A DNA stretch of 64,000 nt, from assembly GCA_001643675.2 (NCBI GenBank), contig LSRY02000030.1:372001-436000 (forward strand), written 5' to 3'. Positions 61,901 to 64,000 of this stretch are shown here, piece after piece. The notes beneath the pieces were generated by a model that was not told where the DNA came from, made no database searches, and worked only from the letters and a program-made list of their open reading frames with translations. Each line of letters begins with the position of its first letter. Positions within the stretch are counted from its first letter, which is position 1. A program made the translations under genes and the position numbers. This DNA comes from Monocercomonoides exilis PA203. Taxonomy: Eukaryota; Protista; Preaxostyla.

Positions 61901-62318
61901 AGAGCTACTGACAAACAAGAAGATGGGAGCAACGAAGGAGTCGGTGGTATTCTCGATTGGGATGATGCTGTGGGAGTGCTTGACTCTGGAGATCCCGTTT
62001 GGAGAGTATGAAGGGGAAGTGGCTGGGCAGAAGATTGTGAATGGGGAGAGGCCAGGGATGGGAGAGGCGGAGCAGTCGAGCTATCTGGGGCTGGTGAAGA
62101 AGTGTGTGTCGCAGGATTGGAGAGAGCGGGGGAGCCTGAATGAGTTGAAGAGAGAGTTCATCCAGCGGTTTCCGGCAGGATCGTTGATAATGACGATGAC
62201 AGATGCGCTGTGCTGCTATTCGGCAGATGGGAACAAGAAGGAGCCCTCTTGTGGAAGTGGGAACGGAAACGGAGAAGGAACAGAAGGAAGCAGTCGGATT
62301 GTTCTTCTTGTGCAGTGA
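49920..62318 (+). CDS. Giant receptor-like type-I membrane protein with TKL-like pseudokinase (gene C, 4132 aa, intronless)
   Basis: Single ORF with a signal peptide, eight CG...(P)C-capped ectodomain modules and TM HWLLIVIVLVVILSIILVIAVVLAVRW. The cytoplasmic region is nearly identical to A/B, including LRWMAPE and LWECLTLEIPF. Confidence 0.9.
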   Translation: MGGSYFSFCLITLIFILDWSVQLDFDETTARQVSCIHGYSCRSLSQLGDENIACNKKDSAISRLFHKRQYSSAQRHCSIQFHLDLVNASLSASEVIFLQNTSTLMQIDKFSIVYLSGCTFIQKGRNAISTVHSSFGKVLFSNISANNEHCQGLLTPLTTSPSSDNSFSPDGFVGVTKSSFCSVSLRCRPFIACSAMHQISLSSSILCNISTTQAGTGVQTNENGPQCISTIYSCVFETVSGVYTNGIAPGVEGLGLELFNNTHQKCKNEMTKGVRRTEAIDTTISYEEFANMTTPIPEGKIGIHGNEPDICGSCILMFNNINASLKISHSTFCNCSASYIGGALSTYLIGSLIISNCSFNNCKSASFGGAVFARAIRQCYSFSDSEIDNCASGTGGGIVVYDGVQQNTDCVEASEDGKKFMCHNSSFIVSSTANYGGGISLFGSVTEMFLMKSCFFSCCTAKNNAKGGGIYVKIDNHRTTDPKIFFFCFFANNMAGTETGGKDVFLNDTNGKCVNESPFVWSCTLTDGGSQLIHCNASCHANDEWLPYGVSSRIVEEENGEDSDLCGCFSNEVCQTMKHAIENSMTTQSCAITMLSHVHTLFATDGVAVNSKKAVVRGEGEESTSLEVSQIDAMRSLFEVTSGSLTVELLHIAFASDPKSSLARVSENEGELILTSLEIDSGSESLGREFESPLVVMAGGHLIVSDSKIRFFKLTECSLLTMPVGSYVQMSNTTIANITRSQGSGSVLEHTFGEREWLRMDGCIVENCRSKDDGGCFKIDVGEENGIELRNSSATNCACSTENGKGGWLCAGTVKLSTQMVIGGMKFSGCEGWKGKCVFVEAPELARIVSKASFNFSIDGMSDEDLMGYEGGNRGFDVCLWVYFVDVVSPGYVGGGTAHDFSGCGVERYPCSTISKLVNVRHRGIPKAIVICAPFECTEPVAMNTDEWDVRSETNESFIDIGFGGDASSEGLIETSVRCSFRDISFEAVAKREDSHTSVFICADSALTLTRISVKAKEEGGELNYGVVFGKKGVICISSFSIKNVQFASAAMFGVSGENAHCRVEGISCLECSVSGERNLIEIGEGACFSMNDSSIGTETIIENSGIAVEEGKEVEMRNVSVKGIRRRKGDGGGLRARSHNNVMPSSSIIVDSCSFEECEVNEGGKGGGGMWISAGPPSVVRVSSCSFLSCTAPFDESVGFGGGIFFSLTSPTTDYVISGPIFTADQKNRARYGTDLFVESEKLGVSTTNTTLPFLKDMPLDDVNSMCGYDGDDKTNVISLLYFIFDVGDTIHVSSAAGLDVAPCGFAAYPCKTIQKSLQRQEGSSKSMMLHGDYELLEDVLLCEEGRVEMKGTEGRSIVNVKGGDTASVGVITLAESEGVESMIALLSFRVGGSVKQHITLMSQESAGSLRVSLCDFAQQPGEAIVGYSLLRCMNGQVEMKSVEIRSVRFSMSQIIICEQNAIALLENVSVQNTSTTSSDGLVKLGSMSVAMSMKRCTFESQAEKLSCVVVRCESAKTVELENCTFSNYSEHNGNGSAVECKVRAGSRVMIVGGKASHCGCIGGFGGGIFAHVEMDGKFGVGNSSEEITEMANCRAEAQSRRGGFGGGISVSVDEGFSLFAIENVGFSECSASQNGKNVFVEAWNLSKAVTVQTLNFGFNTAVGSADLGELCGFENENALCPIPLALFFRKFSGRCYVGGGGVDYRLCGYQDYPCQTIGYAGASKFNSSAASIILQSTFTFRDQLLFDSQDYEIFGEENATMMNVAGGEGEKEEGLIEVRRTVGVGQITFRHPASLGSNRSSLMLCDGGTLNVVDCSCELNSGSGLDCSFSYFVCKGGQLGIERFETKNIKFGFVPLMVVRKSESIEARVLMRSVSLENVSTKSEAGVVEVDGADKFEMNNCSASASTCESCSLVSVARVKTMMMGNSTMSDFQRTNGFGGVVVAVVEEGEKTMIEKCTFEGCSIEAANMKGGVGYVSVGGGGEVVFDSNTISNNSVDGETGFGGGLHVELEASEVKYSFKKDEFEGNEAKKGKHLYLICPLPRETVDPLRFDSSFREDMRNEDVWVKSGGDGPAVDETLKKYLFASSEEIMFVDDATGDDRETCGTVLYPCKTVDDGFLKMKSNQTTIHVVGAAVLGGRIDRNGTSLTVRGAAETSTIDVEDGGCIVLKKGKGTTTLTLSSLRVILPGRATEQSLVAVSVGRMTIRDSNVEGKEANGKETDMWVGIAEGGEMQLVNVSVKDVVERGKKGVVLMKGGELYCEALKLKEISADGEGLIWVGEDADASLNHFAAENCEVGSGSIVCLKGVGGMCSVSESRFENCSKLHGDGGAIWCEIGKGKMTMNGTVFDSCSVDALNGYGGAVYMKDVGNTNHDFVFSDLNFMGNGAFVGKDMFVMANSLNESIAPSKFIFEYFDDVGSVIADLKGMDADLFSGEPIDLLLLLKEAQLSTVHISSEGMDILGCGMEEHPCASFWRAYRNLNALERNRNVVVYESTMVDNHFDVSSLCVKSKQDDQYAMVAMKENITETKDEWIFLNEEEARFERIMLAVPSRFSSNIETLILSRPESGSMTLLSCSFGSINSTNNPVEFNLIRSESGLVSVDGCSVDIRLFARVPFEFHSSVSLNGLNATNIQVSSSTTGGAMHVVLMSREMFNVNRTNVVNCSCSTTLGRGGGLYVDCSQSQADTPISFCEGVAIQKNEAFIGSDLFVASFDLNKTVTPTTLMFSFDDAKHSPTMFCGSDKEHTDTDLFRFLEGFRNAKVFVSSNGYDVMRCGSEEDPCQTLWKGMGQIETGSEQKKLLIDGSIEMANRYDFSNFVFEPPCDAVEEHKRSVLQIVNHHDGEEILGMNERNISFNKIDMEVFEDVWNRAGGVFVSENGVLSFSDCSLKSIVSAEKQIEICFVQLKSGVLDAEKLIIESMRMKQSIVMIEVGSNAYLKDIEVKSCMLVEGCVVQIVHKVAETKNGDGSVIEVNGSVFGSITRSGMGSSVLESGDNCEVLMKANNSVFELCRSSESRRGGVMCFELNNEGSFVMSNSKVMQCGCSTESGRGGGMYLSSHLSGKLLFLFQGMKFEGNVAETGKDIFVECTNISEQVNESQFRMDLREGVFNRIGAIYGIDLLHSEPVDLISFITVYQSSIIFVNGKDGKGRNDRQCGSSREPCMSIGYGFDHLVFEDIVLLVIDGEGVIEKELDLDEISVQSRSRSTSKISFDARISASREYLLQTKEHVELSYLEFLYPSRGAFCHNAFLCSSSGSIVISSCIFHSDDDAGSCSISEVMRLANCNCTVEHCSIENIICEKICQCENAEVSISDLRLNHIDTKSCFCFSGDQPNSVLIKELVVENTVCRGNMLLFCDDSYAESGQFIQENIVLSLCRFKNISMEGSNGSVLMMNSHSHTFSMANCSFSECRTSVEKGALATFSGVSSVLIDSCVFEGQTMTNCNELASSREICHWNGSLVDMCNSSGTFEDTTISKGNFGGMTIFGGDVTISESEFVLNNPSIEGYPSARRNVICEGNGELDVVSVKGGDGMLPNTSLWILDERCELGGIATERGSSFFIPILEEVKNTTQPNGDVELMIVGKLLLPCDLSVKMSMKNGDEEEIVRKGIEEEGFVSENEIHAFISCSELEKVREETEVSVWIVFGKADSLSSTEPYILKNRSESAGKGDEKLVKGEKEGKSHWLLIVIVLVVILSIILVIAVVLAVRWRKQKRRTKELEEIVNDTVRKDPKAFEMVTMEMSPEEQWRRAEREAEKKNEERIKKRIYETNMEHSESSEHLLSESGSTEYILGRGSDKIPQWMLEKVDENEEEEETRKRIPSPSISSTSTTDSDSTFVRSESLCPTTSSMSNLVDAMACSSPHEKLIVDLRDSLFMLLHGLNKTKEMAIGTLQEREQTAAQILFWVANLALHSFDEMENGLSSLSTLSPHIVLFSEHMVICIVMHSDFSSDDDSDSSSISSSTVVTSASDDDSEYSLPSSAFEDDEYNRKECLRWMAPELLTNKKMGATKESVVFSIGMMLWECLTLEIPFGEYEGEVAGQKIVNGERPGMGEAEQSSYLGLVKKCVSQDWRERGSLNELKREFIQRFPAGSLIMTMTDALCCYSADGNKKEPSCGSGNGNGEGTEGSSRIVLLVQ

Positions 62319-62494
62319 TCAAGAGAAGATGGCGAGCCATGCAGTGTATTTTATAAACAGAAAAAAAAATTGGACAAGTGATATTGTTGTTGTTGCTTGA
62401 GAGTGCTGTTGTGTCTTTTTGAATTTTTTTAAGCTGATTTTCAATTCTATGAGTTTTTGTTTTTTATTCAAAATTCTTGTTTATATGCTTATGT

Positions 62495-62554
62495 GTATGT
62501 TTATATGTATGTTTATATGTATGTTTATATGTATGTTTATATGTATGTTTATAT
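62495..62554. repeat. 12-bp minisatellite (GTATGTTTATAT)x5 downstream of gene C
   Basis: Five perfect tandem units read directly, with degenerate flanks. Confidence 0.9.
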
Positions 62555-64000
62555 GTGTGTTAGTGTAGTGATAGTTGGCTGTGTTTGGGATAAAAGTCTT
62601 TGTGTCTTATGTTTTGCTTGTTCCCCATCATCACTTCAGTTTGTTTCCTTTTCTTTTCAATGAATATTCGGAAAGAAGAATATGGAGTGTATTTTATAAA
62701 TCGGATCAGGCGGACAATGCACGCAGCTCCATTGGCAAGGCAACAACGAAGCCGAAGAATGCTCAACAATTTGCAGAATGACAAAGACAGGCAATGAAGT
62801 TAACAAACGAAGAGAAAGTTGTCTTAAGCAACAGAAAATGGATCTTCTTTGAAGTGAGCTGAATATGTTCCGACTGAAAAAAAAAATAGTTTTTCAAAAA
62901 CAAATAATTGACGTACAGATTTTCCAGAAATTGTATCAATCATTTTATTTTTCAAATGGAAAATTATTATCTATAAACAATTTTTTAGGCAACAGCAGAA
63001 CTGAACAAACAGATTATTAAAAATCTTATTGCGGAGCAGGACACATTGATGAACCAATTGCAACAACACTTCCACTCTGAACTGAAATGTTATTATCCCT
63101 CTGTAATTGTTGCACTCACCTCCATCCCCCTTTCTTCTTTCTCTTCTTTTCCATTTTCAACCAGTCCTGACAAAAATAAAGATTCGGAAAATTTGAAAGT
63201 CATTTCATCATTTTTCTCAGTTTTTTTGTTCAAGGATTTTCTCAAAATTATATGTTTCTCGCAATAGTTAGAAATAATTAATGAATCCCTTCTTATACAA
63301 ATAATGAAAGATGAGCATAATTCAGATTAACCAAATGTTTGTTCAGAATGGAACAAATAAGGTTTCAGTTATTCAGTTGATGATTGGAATCATTGGCATT
63401 GGAAATTCTTCGATATCTTCATTTCTTTTGCAACAAGGAATTGAAATATTATTCAACTTTCCAAATAAAATCATACGCTTGAATTTGGTTTTTTCTGTGA
63501 ATTTACTGAGTTCTTGAGAATAAACCTCAGCAAATATTCAATGTGGAAATATTTCCTATTCAATAGGGTGATTTCAAACCCCGAATATTTATTTCCAAAT
63601 AAATTAGTTTTATCAATGCACTATTCATATTTTATTAATTGTTTTGAGTATATAAAGAAAAGTCAAAGATAATATATATTCCTGTTATTGTGTGATGAAA
63701 AAAAATATTTTTTCAACAATTTGTGTCGAAGAAAACAAACGTTGAATTATTTTGAAGAATTGACACACATCTGTGAAATATTTGAAAATTGTTTTTTTAA
63801 ATTTTTGTCTGATAAATTTTAATATAGTGTGGTTTTTTTATACGGACATTTTTTTATCCGGACAAAAATTTTTATTATGAATCACTTCTTCCCGCTTTCT
63901 GGATATTTTATCATAATTTTGATATATAAGGAAAAGTCAACAGTCAGATATTTTGATCATTTAACTTTACTTAATCTCTGATGGGGGTAGATGGGGGTGT

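Noticed and set aside
62990-63630. Minus-strand stop-riddled coding-like remnant
   Set aside because: Multiple stops and no recognisable family; left uncalled.
63980-64000. GATGGGGGT x2 at the window edge (telomere or G-quadruplex?)
   Set aside because: Only two units, truncated by the window, and not a TTAGGG-type repeat.

Overview
AT-rich, intron-containing eukaryotic (protist) genomic DNA using the standard genetic code. The gene families, short GT-AG introns and low-complexity Ser/Glu-rich proteins resemble the oxymonad Monocercomonoides; this is an inference, not a database result. Ordinary genes: a truncated low-complexity gene (-), a p24/TMED cargo receptor, an ABCC/MRP transporter, an NTF2+RRM (G3BP-like) protein, a stand-alone LolD/MacB-type ABC ATPase and a hypothetical helical protein. 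The window is dominated by four members of one type-I membrane protein family with Cys/Gly-rich beta-helix-like ectodomain modules. Gene D (3438-5836) has 1 module and no kinase. A (9935-19048) has 5 modules, B (29466-20389) has 5 modules with two in-frame TAA codons, and C (49920-62318) has 8 modules; A, B and C end in a TKL-like pseudokinase. A and B lie tail-to-tail and form a ~15.4 kb palindrome: 7463-bp almost identical arms (12014-19476 / 19961-27423) around a 484-bp spacer, with highly divergent N-terminal heads. C shares a patchwork near-identical membrane-proximal and cytoplasmic segment with them. The pattern suggests a 'variable head / constant body' receptor family diversified and homogenised by gene conversion. 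Intergenic DNA holds a ~265-bp TIR-bounded MITE-like family, two foldback palindromes and solo arms of these.
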